64,000 nucleotides of DNA from Myxococcota bacterium. Its GTDB lineage: Bacteria > Myxococcota_A > UBA9160 > JAFDDA01. Position numbers and translations under genes: made by a program. Positions 54,815 through 64,000 of this stretch are shown piece after piece; the first letter of the stretch is position 1; every line of letters begins with the position of its first letter. Below the pieces are notes generated by a model that saw only the letters and a list, made by a program, of their open reading frames with translations, made no database searches and was not told the origin of the DNA. The stretch spans positions 2,976,001 through 3,040,000 of the forward strand of contig OZ245817.1 of the NCBI GenBank assembly GCA_965228475.1. The letters run 5' to 3'.

Positions 54815-56394
54815 GCGAGATCGGCTGGATCGCGGGCGACCCGCTCGTACGGGCCGTCGTCGAGGACTGGTTCCTCGACCCCGAGCGGCCGGGGCACGGC
54901 GCGACCGTGCTGCGCGACAACCCGCGCCGGCGCCTCGTGCGCATCGATTCGAAGAGCGCCGGCACGCTGCTCGTGAAGCACTACCGCCTCGGCTCGGGCC
55001 GTCACCGCGGCCGCGAGCGCGTGAAGGGCTGGTTCCGGCGCTCTCCGGCCGACCGCGAGTTCCGCACCCTGGCACGCCTGCGTGACGCCGGGCTGCCCGT
55101 CCCGCCGCCCCTGGCCCGCGGCACCCTCCCGGGCGGCGACCGCCTGATCGTGACCCGCTACCTGCCGGGCGAGACGCTCGGCGAGGCCCTCCACACGGAC
55201 GCCAAGTCGCGGCGGGCCCTGCTCGTTTCCCTCGGCGCCGTGCTCGCACGGCTCTACGCGCGCGGCATCGTGCACGGCGACCTCCACGGCGGGAACGTGC
55301 TCTCGACCTCCCACGGCCCGGTGCTGCTCGACCTGCAACACGCGCGGCGCACGAAGCGGCGACGCGCCAAGGAAGCGGACCTCGCCCGGCTCGAGCACTC
55401 GCTCTGGGCGGCGGGCGTCCCCCGGACGGATCGCCTGCGACTGCGCGCGACGGCCCTGCGCCTGGCTCGCCCCTTCGACCGCAAGGCCCGGAAGGCCCTC
55501 GCGCGCGTCGGGCGCGCCACGGGCGACCGCTTCCACGAGCACGCCCGGAGCCGCCACAAGCGCGCCCTCCGCCCGGGCCGCCGCTTCGGAAAGATCCGCG
55601 TCGAGAACCATCGCGGCATGCGCTTGCGCGACCTCGAGGCCAGCGAAGTCGTCGAAGCCCTCGCCCAGCACCGCGAGGCCCTCGCCCGCGACGACGCCCG
55701 CGTACTCAAGGACGACGGCCGCTCGCGGGTCACCGCCCTCACGGTCGGCGACCACCGGATGATCGTGAAGGAGGTGATGCCGCGGGGCCTGTGGCGGCGC
55801 CTGGCGGACCGCTTCCGCGGCAGCCCCGCCCGCCGCGCCTGGTACGGCGGCCACGGCCTGGCGGCCCGCTTCCTCGGCGTCGCGATGCCCCTGGCCTACC
55901 TCGAGCGCCGCCGCTTCGGCCTCCCGGCGGGCTCCCTGGTGTTCCTGCGCGATCTGCGTCCCGCCGTGCCCGCCGACACCTTCCCCGGCGACGCGGCGAG
56001 CCTCGACCGGGCCGTGGCGACCCTCGGCCGGGTGGCGCGCGACCTCCACGCCCGCGGCGTCGACCACGGCGACCTGAAGTCGAGCCACGTCTATCTCGAC
56101 GCCCACGCGATCGGGCTCGCGCCCAAGCTGATCGACCTCGAGGGGCTCCGCTTCGGACGCAAGGTCTCGGACCGCCGGCGGCTGCGCGCCCTCGCCCAGC
56201 TGAACGCCTCGCTCCCGGACGAGTTCCCCGATGCGGCGCGCCTCGCGGCGTTCTCGCGCTATGCGGCGCGCCTCCCCTTCCGAAGAGGGCGAGAGCGGGC
56301 GTTGCGTTGGGTCATCGCGGAGAGCCGCGCGCGGAAGCACCGCTGGAGCGGAGCGGCGTGCCGGGAAACGGGCGGGGAAGAGCGCGGGGGCTGA
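54811..56394 (+). CDS. Tandem-domain LPS kinase (Kdo/WaaP/InaA-like)
   Basis: Two kinase modules (VK..HGDLHGGN..LLDL and VK..HGDLKSSH..LIDL); ATGA-coupled to the GT4 gene. Confidence 0.82.
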   Translation: MSEIGWIAGDPLVRAVVEDWFLDPERPGHGATVLRDNPRRRLVRIDSKSAGTLLVKHYRLGSGRHRGRERVKGWFRRSPADREFRTLARLRDAGLPVPPPLARGTLPGGDRLIVTRYLPGETLGEALHTDAKSRRALLVSLGAVLARLYARGIVHGDLHGGNVLSTSHGPVLLDLQHARRTKRRRAKEADLARLEHSLWAAGVPRTDRLRLRATALRLARPFDRKARKALARVGRATGDRFHEHARSRHKRALRPGRRFGKIRVENHRGMRLRDLEASEVVEALAQHREALARDDARVLKDDGRSRVTALTVGDHRMIVKEVMPRGLWRRLADRFRGSPARRAWYGGHGLAARFLGVAMPLAYLERRRFGLPAGSLVFLRDLRPAVPADTFPGDAASLDRAVATLGRVARDLHARGVDHGDLKSSHVYLDAHAIGLAPKLIDLEGLRFGRKVSDRRRLRALAQLNASLPDEFPDAARLAAFSRYAARLPFRRGRERALRWVIAESRARKHRWSGAACRETGGEERGG

Positions 56395-56407
56395 GAAGCC
56401 CGGCGCT

Positions 56408-56713
56408 TCAGCTCGAGAGTTCCACCCACTGGTAGTAGGCGGCCGAGTTCCGGATGCGGCCGCCGCGGCCGAGTTCGAGCGAGATGCCGCCGCCCTCGCC
56501 GGCGCTCGCCAGCACCTCGCGGAAGGCTTCGATCTTGCGGGCCGGGTCTTCGGGGTTCAGGCCGTGGAAGACGATCTCCACGCGGTCCCGGTTCTCGAGC
56601 ACGTTCATCACGAGCGTGCAGAGCGTGAAGAGCTTGCCGATCTCCTCGCCCGCTTCGACCGCGAAGCGCGGAACCTCGACCTTCGAAAGCTCGAAACCGT
56701 ATTCGAGTCGCAT
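56408..56713 (-). CDS. Small hypothetical protein
   Basis: GGAGG RBS; host-like codon usage. Confidence 0.65.
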   Translation of the reverse strand: MRLEYGFELSKVEVPRFAVEAGEEIGKLFTLCTLVMNVLENRDRVEIVFHGLNPEDPARKIEAFREVLASAGEGGGISLELGRGGRIRNSAAYYQWVELSS

Positions 56714-56824
56714 GAACCCTCCCAAGGAGCCGCGCGAGGTTGGCCCCGGGCCTGCCCGGTGTCAAGCCGGTCCGCGAGCCCACGCCCGGCGGGCGGGCCG
56801 CTCCGGCCTGCTCGCGGGCCTTCG

Positions 56825-57571
56825 CTAGGCGTTTCGTTCGAGCTGTTCGATCTTCGCGACGAGCTCTTCGCGCGTCAGCACGCCGCGTTCGATCAGCAGG
56901 TGCGTCAGCGCCTGGAGGATCCGCCGCGTCGAGGCGTCCCCTGCCCCGCCCGCGGGCTCGGCCGCTGGGCGCTCGGCGCTCTCCGAGACCGGAGCCTCCG
57001 GCTCGTCGGGCTCGATCGAGAGCGCATCGTCGCCGTGGAGCAGGCAGTCCGGCCCGACGACGCCGCCCCCGATGTCGAGCTCTTCGTCCCCGGCGCCGGC
57101 ATCGCCCTCGCCGCCGATCTCGTAGTAGCGGCGGAGGCCGGCTTCGAGTTCGCGGAAGGCGACCAGCACCGGGCAGATCTCGTAGCCCGTGCGCATCTGC
57201 AGGGCGTCGAGCGCGTCGAGGTCGGCGGGCTCTTCCATCCCGAGGTAGAGGTACCGGGAGGGCCCGTCGACGTCGATGAACAGGGGCAGGCAGCGCATCT
57301 TCTCGGCCAGCTCGCGCGTGACGAGCGCGAGGACCTCGTTCTCGATCTCGCGGCCGCGGATCTCCGCCAGCGGGTAGCCCATGAGCTTCGAGAGCTGGCG
57401 CATGAGCGGCGCCTCCTCGACGAAGCCGAGCTTCACGAGCGTCTTGCCGAGGCGGTTCCCCCAGCGCTTCTGGTCCGCCAGGGCGGATCGCAGCTGGAAA
57501 TCGTCGATCAGGCCGGATTCGACGAGGGCTTCACCGAGCTTTCGGCGGGTCGGACCATGGGGACCAGGCAT
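56825..57571 (-). CDS. Stand-alone MshEN (T2SSE_N) domain protein, probable c-di-GMP receptor
   Basis: KLGEALVESGLIDDFQLRSALADQ-x5-RLGKTLVKLGFV; no ATPase domain. Confidence 0.85.
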   Translation of the reverse strand: MPGPHGPTRRKLGEALVESGLIDDFQLRSALADQKRWGNRLGKTLVKLGFVEEAPLMRQLSKLMGYPLAEIRGREIENEVLALVTRELAEKMRCLPLFIDVDGPSRYLYLGMEEPADLDALDALQMRTGYEICPVLVAFRELEAGLRRYYEIGGEGDAGAGDEELDIGGGVVGPDCLLHGDDALSIEPDEPEAPVSESAERPAAEPAGGAGDASTRRILQALTHLLIERGVLTREELVAKIEQLERNA

Positions 57572-57603
57572 CGACCCGTCATCGGCCAGTGCGGCGCCGA
57601 ACC

Positions 57604-58632
57604 TTACCGGTCTTGCCCGGTTCCGGCGGGCTCCGGGGCCGAGCCGCCCTCCGGATCCTCGAGACGCAGGAAGCAGCGCGCGTGGCCCGCTCCGACCGGG
57701 ACGTCCGGGGGCGCCTCCGCGGCACAGCGGTCGAAGACCTTCGGGCAGCGCGTGTGGAAGCGGCAGCCCGGCGGCGGCGCCGACGGTGAGGGGACGTCCC
57801 CCCGCACCTGGGCGCGGACCCGCCGCACGTCGGGGTCGACCGAGGGCACCGCCGCCAGCAGGCCTTCGGTGTAGGGGTGCGCCGGGGTCTCGAAGACGGA
57901 CTCGGTCGGCCCCTCTTCCACGATCTGGCCGAGGTACATCACGGCCACGCGGTCGGCGAGGTAGCGCACGACCGAGAGGTCGTGGGTGATGAAGAGGTAC
58001 GAAAGGCCGCGCTCTTCCTGGAGGTCCGAGAGCAGGTTCAGGATCTGCGCCTGGATCGAGACGTCGAGGGCGGAGACGGATTCGTCGCACACGATGAGCC
58101 GCGGCTCGACCGCCAGCGCCCGGGCGATGCAGATGCGCTGTCGCTGGCCGCCCGAGAACTCGTGCGGGTAGCGCCACATCGCGTCGGGGTCGAGCTGCAC
58201 GCGGGACAGCAGCGCGGCGATGCGATCCGTGCGTTCGCTTTCGCCGTCGCCGATGCCGAAGGAGACCATGCCCTCGGCGATGGCGTCCCGGATGCGCATG
58301 CGCGGGTCGAGCGAGGCCATCGGATCCTGGAAGATGATCTGCACGTCGCTTCGCCGCTCGCGCATGCGGTCCGGCGAGAGCGTGCGGAGGTCTTCGCCGT
58401 CGAACCACACCTCGCCGGCCTGGGAGCCGACGAGCCCGAGGATCGAGAGCCCGACCGTGGTCTTGCCGCAGCCGGACTCGCCGACCAGCGCGAGCGTGCC
58501 GCCGGCGGGGACGTCGAAGGAGACGTCGTCGACGGCGCGCACGTGGCCGACCGTCCGCTGGAAGAGGCCCTGCTTGATCGGGAACCACGTGCGCAGCCCG
58601 CGCACGCGAAGCAGCGCGTCCTGCTCGCTCAC
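57604..58632 (-). CDS. oppF: Oligopeptide ABC ATPase
   Basis: GESGCGKTT, YPHEFSGGQRQR, HPYT and GCRFHTRC. Confidence 0.9.
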   Translation of the reverse strand: MSEQDALLRVRGLRTWFPIKQGLFQRTVGHVRAVDDVSFDVPAGGTLALVGESGCGKTTVGLSILGLVGSQAGEVWFDGEDLRTLSPDRMRERRSDVQIIFQDPMASLDPRMRIRDAIAEGMVSFGIGDGESERTDRIAALLSRVQLDPDAMWRYPHEFSGGQRQRICIARALAVEPRLIVCDESVSALDVSIQAQILNLLSDLQEERGLSYLFITHDLSVVRYLADRVAVMYLGQIVEEGPTESVFETPAHPYTEGLLAAVPSVDPDVRRVRAQVRGDVPSPSAPPPGCRFHTRCPKVFDRCAAEAPPDVPVGAGHARCFLRLEDPEGGSAPEPAGTGQDR

Positions 58633-59609
58633 GAGGAGGCCTCCCGCTCGACCACGTGGCAGCGCACGACGTGGTCCGGGGCCGGCCGCGTCTCCCCCGG
58701 GAGGTCCGTGGCGCAGTGGTCGAGCACCCGGTCGCAGCGGCCCGCGAAGCGGCAGCCCTCCGGCCACTCGTCCGGCGGCGGGACGGTGCCCTCGATCTCC
58801 GCGAGGCGCGCGCCGCGCTGGGCGAGCGCCGGCATGGAGCGCAGCAGGCCCTGGGTGTAGGGGTGCCGGGCGGCCCCGAGCACGGTCTCGCGGCTCCCCT
58901 CCTCGACGAAGCGCGCCGCGTACATGACGGCGACCCGGTCGGCGAGCTCGTTCACGATGCCGAGGTCGTGGGTGATCAGCAGGATCGACATTCCGGTGTC
59001 GCGCTGGATCTCGCGCAGCAGCTCGAGGATCTGGGCCTGAATCGTCACGTCGAGGGCCGTCGTCGGCTCGTCGGCGATCAGGAGCTTCGGCTCGCTCGAG
59101 AGCGCCATGGCGATCATCACGCGCTGCTTGAGCCCGCCCGAGAGCTGGTGCGGGTAGGCGTCGAAGCGCGCATCGGGGTCCGGAATGCCCACGCGGTCGA
59201 AGAGCTCGACGGTGCGGGCGCGCGCCGCCCGGGCATCCGCCGGACCGTGGAGCTGGATCGCCTCGACCACCTGCGCCCCGACGGTCTGCACCGGGTTCAG
59301 GCTCGTCATCGGCTCCTGGAAGATCATGGCGACGTCGCTGCCGCGCACGCGGCGCATCTCGGGCACCGGCAGGGCCATGACGTCGCGCCCGAGCAGCTCG
59401 ATGTTCCCGGCGACGATGCGGCCGGGACGCGGCACCAGCCGGAGCAGCGAGAAGGCGGTCATCGACTTCCCACAGCCAGACTCACCGACGAGCGCCAGCA
59501 CCTCGCCGCGATCGATGTGGAACGTGGCGCCGTCGACCACCGGGAGCAGCCCGTCCGGCCCGGGGAACGCCGTCGTGAGGCCCTCGACCTCGAGGATCCG
59601 GTCGCTCAT
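58629..59609 (-). CDS. oppD: Oligopeptide ABC ATPase
   Basis: [26 protein letters not shown] and [10 protein letters not shown]. Confidence 0.9.
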   Translation of the reverse strand: MSDRILEVEGLTTAFPGPDGLLPVVDGATFHIDRGEVLALVGESGCGKSMTAFSLLRLVPRPGRIVAGNIELLGRDVMALPVPEMRRVRGSDVAMIFQEPMTSLNPVQTVGAQVVEAIQLHGPADARAARARTVELFDRVGIPDPDARFDAYPHQLSGGLKQRVMIAMALSSEPKLLIADEPTTALDVTIQAQILELLREIQRDTGMSILLITHDLGIVNELADRVAVMYAARFVEEGSRETVLGAARHPYTQGLLRSMPALAQRGARLAEIEGTVPPPDEWPEGCRFAGRCDRVLDHCATDLPGETRPAPDHVVRCHVVEREASS

Positions 59610-59641
59610 GCGAGCTCCGCTGCCTGGGGCCGGTCGCTCAT
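59606..59641 (-). CDS. Putative 11-aa relay mini-ORF ([11 protein letters not shown]) between oppC and oppD
   Basis: ATGA overlaps at both ends; coincides with a 21-bp duplication (59598..59618 = 59630..59650). Confidence 0.5.
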   Translation of the reverse strand: MSDRPQAAELA

Positions 59642-60666
59642 GCGAGCTCCCGGGCCGTGCGCGGGTCGAGCACGTCGCGCACGGCATCACCGACGCGGTT
59701 CACCGCCAGGATCAACACGAACAGGGCCGAGGACGCCGCGGTCAGGTTCCACCAGACCGCCGGGTCGCGGGAGAGTTCGTCGCGGGCCTGGTCGATCATC
59801 TGCCCCCACGATCCTTCGAGGCCGATCCCGAGCCAGGAGAGCACCGCCTCCGAGAGCACGAGGCCCGAGAAGAGCAGCACGAAGGTGATCACCACCAGGT
59901 GCATCAGGTTCGGCAGGATGTGCCGGACGATGATGCGGGCGTCCGAGACGCCGAGGGCCCGGGCCGCGCGCACGTAGTCGAGCTCGCGCAGCTTCAGCGT
60001 CTCGGCGCGGGAGAGCCGGCACATGCCGACCCAGCTCGTCACCCCGAGCGCCACGCACACCTGCACCGTGCCGTTGCCGAGCACGGCGATGAGCGCGATC
60101 AGCAGGAGCAGCCCGGGCATCGAGGCGAGGGTCGACATCACGAAGAAGACGACGTCGTCGAGCCAGCCGCCGCGGTAGCCGGCCGTCACGCCGAGGAGCA
60201 GCGCGAGCAGGATCGCGATGGAGCTCGTCAGGCCGCCGATCAGCAGGGCCACGCGCGCGCCCTTGAGCGTGAGGTGCAGCACGTCGCGCCCGATCTTGTC
60301 GGTGCCGAGCAGGTGGGCGCCGGGATGCTCGAGCTCGCCGCGCCCGGAGAAGAGCTCCGTCGCGCGGGGTGCGGAGTAGCTCTGCTCCTTGAAGTCGAGC
60401 GGGAACATCCGGTCGACCATCGTGCGCGGAAGCCGGGCGGCGGTCCCGCCCGCGACGGGCGCGTCGTCGATCCAGGCGACGGAGTCCATGCCCGCGAGCA
60501 GCACGTAGACGCCGACGACCGCCACGGCGATGGGGCGACGGCGGCCGATGGCCGCGAAGGACTCGCGCCAGAAGCGGCTGCGGCGCACGAGCACGACCGT
60601 CGCCACCAGCACGGCGGCGAGGAACGCGAGGACGACGTTCGAGATCACGTGGGGTTCGAGTTCCAT
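59638..60666 (-). CDS. oppC: Oligopeptide ABC permease
   Basis: HLLGTD..GRD, YV.AARALG, HILPN and EA.LS.LG.G. Confidence 0.9.
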   Translation of the reverse strand: MELEPHVISNVVLAFLAAVLVATVVLVRRSRFWRESFAAIGRRRPIAVAVVGVYVLLAGMDSVAWIDDAPVAGGTAARLPRTMVDRMFPLDFKEQSYSAPRATELFSGRGELEHPGAHLLGTDKIGRDVLHLTLKGARVALLIGGLTSSIAILLALLLGVTAGYRGGWLDDVVFFVMSTLASMPGLLLLIALIAVLGNGTVQVCVALGVTSWVGMCRLSRAETLKLRELDYVRAARALGVSDARIIVRHILPNLMHLVVITFVLLFSGLVLSEAVLSWLGIGLEGSWGQMIDQARDELSRDPAVWWNLTAASSALFVLILAVNRVGDAVRDVLDPRTARELA

Positions 60667-61631
60667 CACTCGAGCCTCACCCGCGGGTCGACGAGCGTGT
60701 AGCTGATGTCCGTCAGCACCTGTCCGAGGATGAAGAGCAGCGAGCCGATGTAGACCATCACCCGGAGCGTCGAGAAGTCGTTCCCCTGGATGGCTTCCAC
60801 GGTGATCGCGCCGAGCCCGGGGATCCCGAAGAAGGATTCGAGCAGGATCGAGCCGGTGAAGAGGAATGGGATCGAGAGCACGACCCGCGTGAGGATCGGG
60901 ATGAGCGAGTTGCGCAGCACGTGGCGGGTCATCAGGCGGCCGTCGCCGCAGCCCTTGGCCCGCGCCGTCCGGACGTAGTCGCGCTGGGTCTCCTCGACGA
61001 ACACCGTGCGGTAGAAGCGCACGGATTCGCCGACGCCCGAGAGCAGCCCGACGAGGATCGGCAGCGCCAGGAAACGGTGGATCACGGCCGGCGACGGGTC
61101 GAAGCCCGAGACGGGGAACCACTTCAGCACCTTCGCGATCAGGTACTGGCCCCCGATGATGTAGAGCAGGATCGAGACGCTCATCGCGAACACGGCGAGG
61201 AACACACCGGTGGTGTCGATGTAGGTCTCCCGGAAGTATGCGACGAAGAGCGAGAGCGTCACCGAGACGATCAGGCCGAGCAGGAAGAGCGGGACCGTCA
61301 GCGAGAGGCTCGGGCCGATGCCCTCCCGGAGGCGGCGGCTGATCGGCACGTCGTCGGCGTCGCTCTTGCCGAAGTCGAAGGTCAGCATGCTCGTGAAGTG
61401 ATCCACGAGCTGGGTGTCGAAGACGTCGTCCGGGTTCCACAGGGCCGGCCGGTCGTAGCCGTGGTTCTCGATCCACTGGGCGATGGCCTCGGGCGGCGCC
61501 TTCTCCCCGAGCGCCTGGCGCGCCATGTCCTCGGGCTGGGCGTAGAGGAAGAACAGCACGAACAGGAAGAAGAGCACGCCGAGAACGACGCCCGCGCCGT
61601 AGACGAGTCTGCGGATGACGTAGGCGAGCAT
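60666..61631 (-). CDS. oppB: Oligopeptide ABC permease
   Basis: YVIRRL, DFG.S, DYVRTARAKG, HVLRNSLIP and E..F.IPGLG. Confidence 0.92.
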   Translation of the reverse strand: MLAYVIRRLVYGAGVVLGVLFFLFVLFFLYAQPEDMARQALGEKAPPEAIAQWIENHGYDRPALWNPDDVFDTQLVDHFTSMLTFDFGKSDADDVPISRRLREGIGPSLSLTVPLFLLGLIVSVTLSLFVAYFRETYIDTTGVFLAVFAMSVSILLYIIGGQYLIAKVLKWFPVSGFDPSPAVIHRFLALPILVGLLSGVGESVRFYRTVFVEETQRDYVRTARAKGCGDGRLMTRHVLRNSLIPILTRVVLSIPFLFTGSILLESFFGIPGLGAITVEAIQGNDFSTLRVMVYIGSLLFILGQVLTDISYTLVDPRVRLE

Positions 61632-61672
61632 CAGGCTTCGCCCCTCATTGTCGCTCGCAGCGCAACGCTCAT
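61631..61672 (-). CDS. Putative 13-aa relay mini-ORF (MSVALRATMRGEA) between oppA and oppB
   Basis: ATG overlaps the oppA stop (ATGA); its TGA overlaps the oppB ATG (TGATG). Confidence 0.45.
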   Translation of the reverse strand: MSVALRATMRGEA

Positions 61673-63681
61673 TGTCGCTCCCGGAAGAACGTCACGATGC
61701 CCGGGATCACGAGCACGATCGCGGCCACCGCGAGGGCGTAGGCGGGCCAGAGCAGCGGCTCGTTCCAGGCCGCGCGCAGCTCGGCGCGTTGCGCGGCGTC
61801 GATGTCGCGGTACTTCAGCACCGAGAAGGACATCCCGAGGGGCTTCACGTTGCGCACCCAGGGCTGATAGAGCGCATAGCTCTCGCGGTGATAGAACTCG
61901 ATCCAGGGCCGCTCGGTCTCGATGATCTCGCGCATCTCGTGGATCAGCTCGAGGCGGCGCGCGTCGTTCCCGCGGGCGCGCATCTCGAGGAAGAGCTCGT
62001 CGTAGCGGTCGTTCTGGAAGTTCGCGGTGTTGGGCCCGCCGCTCGCGGTCTGCCCCATCGGCCCCCAGAGCAGGAAGAGGAAATTCTCGGGGTCCGGATA
62101 GTCCGCCACCCAGCCCCACAGGAAGATCTGGTACGAACCGGTGCGGACCTTCTCGCGGAACTGGTTGTAGTTCGTCGCGGCGATCTCGACGTCGAGACCC
62201 AGCTCGTTCCAGGCATCCACGAAGTACTGGTAGCGGAGGCGCCCCCGGGCCGAGGTATCGGGCGTATCGAAGGTGAGCTTCAAGGGGCGGCCGGTCTCCG
62301 GATCGATGCCGTCGGCGAAGCCCGCCTCGGCCAGGAGCGCTCGCGCGCGCGGGACGTCCACCTGACGGTAGGGGTTCCGGTAGTCCGGGTCGTGGCCGTA
62401 GATCCCGGGCGGGATCGGCGACTGCGCCGGGATGCCGCGGCCGTTCGTGAAGATCTCCGTGAACTCCTCGGTATCGATCACGAGGCTCATGGCCTGGCGG
62501 AGCTTGCGGCCGGCCGCGCCGGCTTCCTTGCCGACGAGGTCGTCGAGCATGTTGAAGCCGAGGTAGAAGACGTCCGGGTCGACGTTCTTCTCGAGGGCCA
62601 CGCCGCGCGCGGCCATGTCCGGCGAGAGCCCACCCTCGTGGACGACCTGGTCGAAGCTCTCCTCGATGATCCCCGAGGCGTCGTAATACCCCTGGAGGAA
62701 CTTGCCGAAAGTCGGCAGCGGCTCCTTGTCGAGCCGCAGCTCGAGACGCTCGATGAAGGGCAAGGGCTTGCCGACGTACGCAGGGTCGAGCCGGCCCGCG
62801 GCCGCGTCGTGCGGCTCGCCCTCGCTCGGGTAGACCGCCGCGGGCGCCTGCCATTCCGGGTGGCGGATGCCGTACCAGTTCGGGTTGACCTCGAGGGCGA
62901 TGCGGAAGCGCTTCGCGTACTCGACGATCTTGTACGGCCCGGCACCGACGGGATGCTCCGCGAAGAGATCGCGCCCGTCCTCGCCGTCGTAGTAGGCCAC
63001 GGCCTCCCACGGCACCGGCGTCGTGAACTCCATCGCGAACCAGTAGAGGATCTGCGGGTAGGGCTCGCCGAGCGTGATCTCGAGCTCGAGGGGCGTCGGC
63101 ATCTGCAGGCCCTCGACGGGGCCCGCCGCCGCGTACTGCTCATCGATGCGCAGGGCGGCGAACTCGGGATCCGATTCGCGCCGCTCCTTCAGCCGGTCGC
63201 CGAACTCCTTCAGCCCGACGATCTTCGCGAAGGTCTTGATGACCGGGCTGTTCACGCCCGGGTCCGCGATGCGCATCAACTCGAAGGCCACGTCGGAGGC
63301 GAGCACCTGGCGCGTCCGGCCGGAGCCCGAGAGCTCGAAGCACGGATCGTCCTGGAAGAGCAGCCCGTCGCGCAGCTCGAAGCGGTACTTCACGCGGCCG
63401 TCGGCCTGGGGCTCGGCCTCGGGGATGGCCACCGCGATGCCCGGAATGAGCTCGTAGGGACGCTTCAGGAAGTGATACTCGAGCAGGGTCTCGTAGATCG
63501 GGCCGGTGACCTGATGGTCCACCACGGAGTAGGCGACGGCCGGGTCGAGGGTCTTCGGCGCGGTCGCGTAGGGCGCGTACTGGATCTTCCGCGTATCGTC
63601 CGCGTCCGGGTACGGGTTGTTCCCGCAGCCGAGCGGGACGGCCAGGAAGAGCGCCGCAACGAGGAGACGGAGCGAACTCAT
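61669..63681 (-). CDS. oppA: Family-5 ABC substrate-binding lipoprotein with extra C-terminal TM helix
   Basis: PLGC lipobox, LDPA, YETL..Y, PVG.GPY, W.ADYPDPENF; C-terminal hydrophobic helix. Confidence 0.88.
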   Translation of the reverse strand: MSSLRLLVAALFLAVPLGCGNNPYPDADDTRKIQYAPYATAPKTLDPAVAYSVVDHQVTGPIYETLLEYHFLKRPYELIPGIAVAIPEAEPQADGRVKYRFELRDGLLFQDDPCFELSGSGRTRQVLASDVAFELMRIADPGVNSPVIKTFAKIVGLKEFGDRLKERRESDPEFAALRIDEQYAAAGPVEGLQMPTPLELEITLGEPYPQILYWFAMEFTTPVPWEAVAYYDGEDGRDLFAEHPVGAGPYKIVEYAKRFRIALEVNPNWYGIRHPEWQAPAAVYPSEGEPHDAAAGRLDPAYVGKPLPFIERLELRLDKEPLPTFGKFLQGYYDASGIIEESFDQVVHEGGLSPDMAARGVALEKNVDPDVFYLGFNMLDDLVGKEAGAAGRKLRQAMSLVIDTEEFTEIFTNGRGIPAQSPIPPGIYGHDPDYRNPYRQVDVPRARALLAEAGFADGIDPETGRPLKLTFDTPDTSARGRLRYQYFVDAWNELGLDVEIAATNYNQFREKVRTGSYQIFLWGWVADYPDPENFLFLLWGPMGQTASGGPNTANFQNDRYDELFLEMRARGNDARRLELIHEMREIIETERPWIEFYHRESYALYQPWVRNVKPLGMSFSVLKYRDIDAAQRAELRAAWNEPLLWPAYALAVAAIVLVIPGIVTFFRERQ

Positions 63682-64000
63682 CGGAGCCTCGCCTCGTCTT
63701 CGCGGACCCTCGCCTCGTCTTCGCGCTCGATGCGGAAGAGCGCGTCCGGGGTCTCCGGGTCGAGCTCGACGGACCGGTAGGCCACCGTGGCCCGCGAAGC
63801 GAAGCGCGGGAACTCGAATGCGATGCGATGTGCGAACGGCTGATCCCCCACCGGCCGGTAACGATCGTAGCCAACCTGCCAGGCGACCTCCCCGTTCGTG
63901 TGGCGTTCGATGGCCCGGGCGAGCCGCCCCTCGGCGTCGAAGCGAAGCTCGCGCGCCAGGCGCCCGGCGGCGTCGTGGAGGGCCACCTCGACGGTTCCGT
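63678..64000 (-). CDS. 3' part of a hypothetical beta-rich protein (truncated by the window edge)
   Basis: Frame is open to the window end; ATGA overlap with oppA. Confidence 0.6.
   Translation of the reverse strand, partial: GTVEVALHDAAGRLARELRFDAEGRLARAIERHTNGEVAWQVGYDRYRPVGDQPFAHRIAFEFPRFASRATVAYRSVELDPETPDALFRIEREDEARVREDEARLR

Overview
High-GC bacterial chromosome segment, most likely Myxococcota/deltaproteobacteria-like. This is inferred from the stand-alone MshEN protein, RpoH-like sigma factor, PEP-CTERM and Cys-type C-terminal sorting tails, and the Gld-type ABC operon. Most of the window is housekeeping: smpB, panBCD, rsmA, tsaD, dksA, tolQRAB-cpoB without pal, pepA, rpoH, moaB, moaDE, holB, metG, tatD, suhB, LPS-core genes and an opp operon. 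Structure beyond the gene list: (1) A visibly lower-GC ~2.75 kb cassette (90-2843) carrying a Cys-rich secreted protein plus an ABC-type ATPase/DUF4276-like TOPRIM pair, a candidate PARIS/OLD-like defence module. It is bracketed by a 71-bp direct repeat that duplicates the 3' end of a protein-coding gene, with no integrase in view. (2) At four operon junctions (tsaD-rsmA, tolR-tolA, oppA-oppB, oppC-oppD) the intergenic gap is exactly filled by an 11-16 aa mini-ORF whose start overlaps the upstream stop and whose stop overlaps the downstream start. These are candidate translational 'relay' ORFs, mostly accompanied by tandem duplication of the junction. (3) A 120-bp MITE-like element with perfect 27-bp inverted ends. 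(4) A structured, terminator-containing panB leader (probable pan RNA motif). (5) Two sigma-54 promoters, one with an UAS/IHF/-24/-12 layout in front of a PEP-CTERM gene. No rRNA, tRNA, tmRNA or CRISPR array was recognised. All family assignments are from motif recognition by eye, not database searches.
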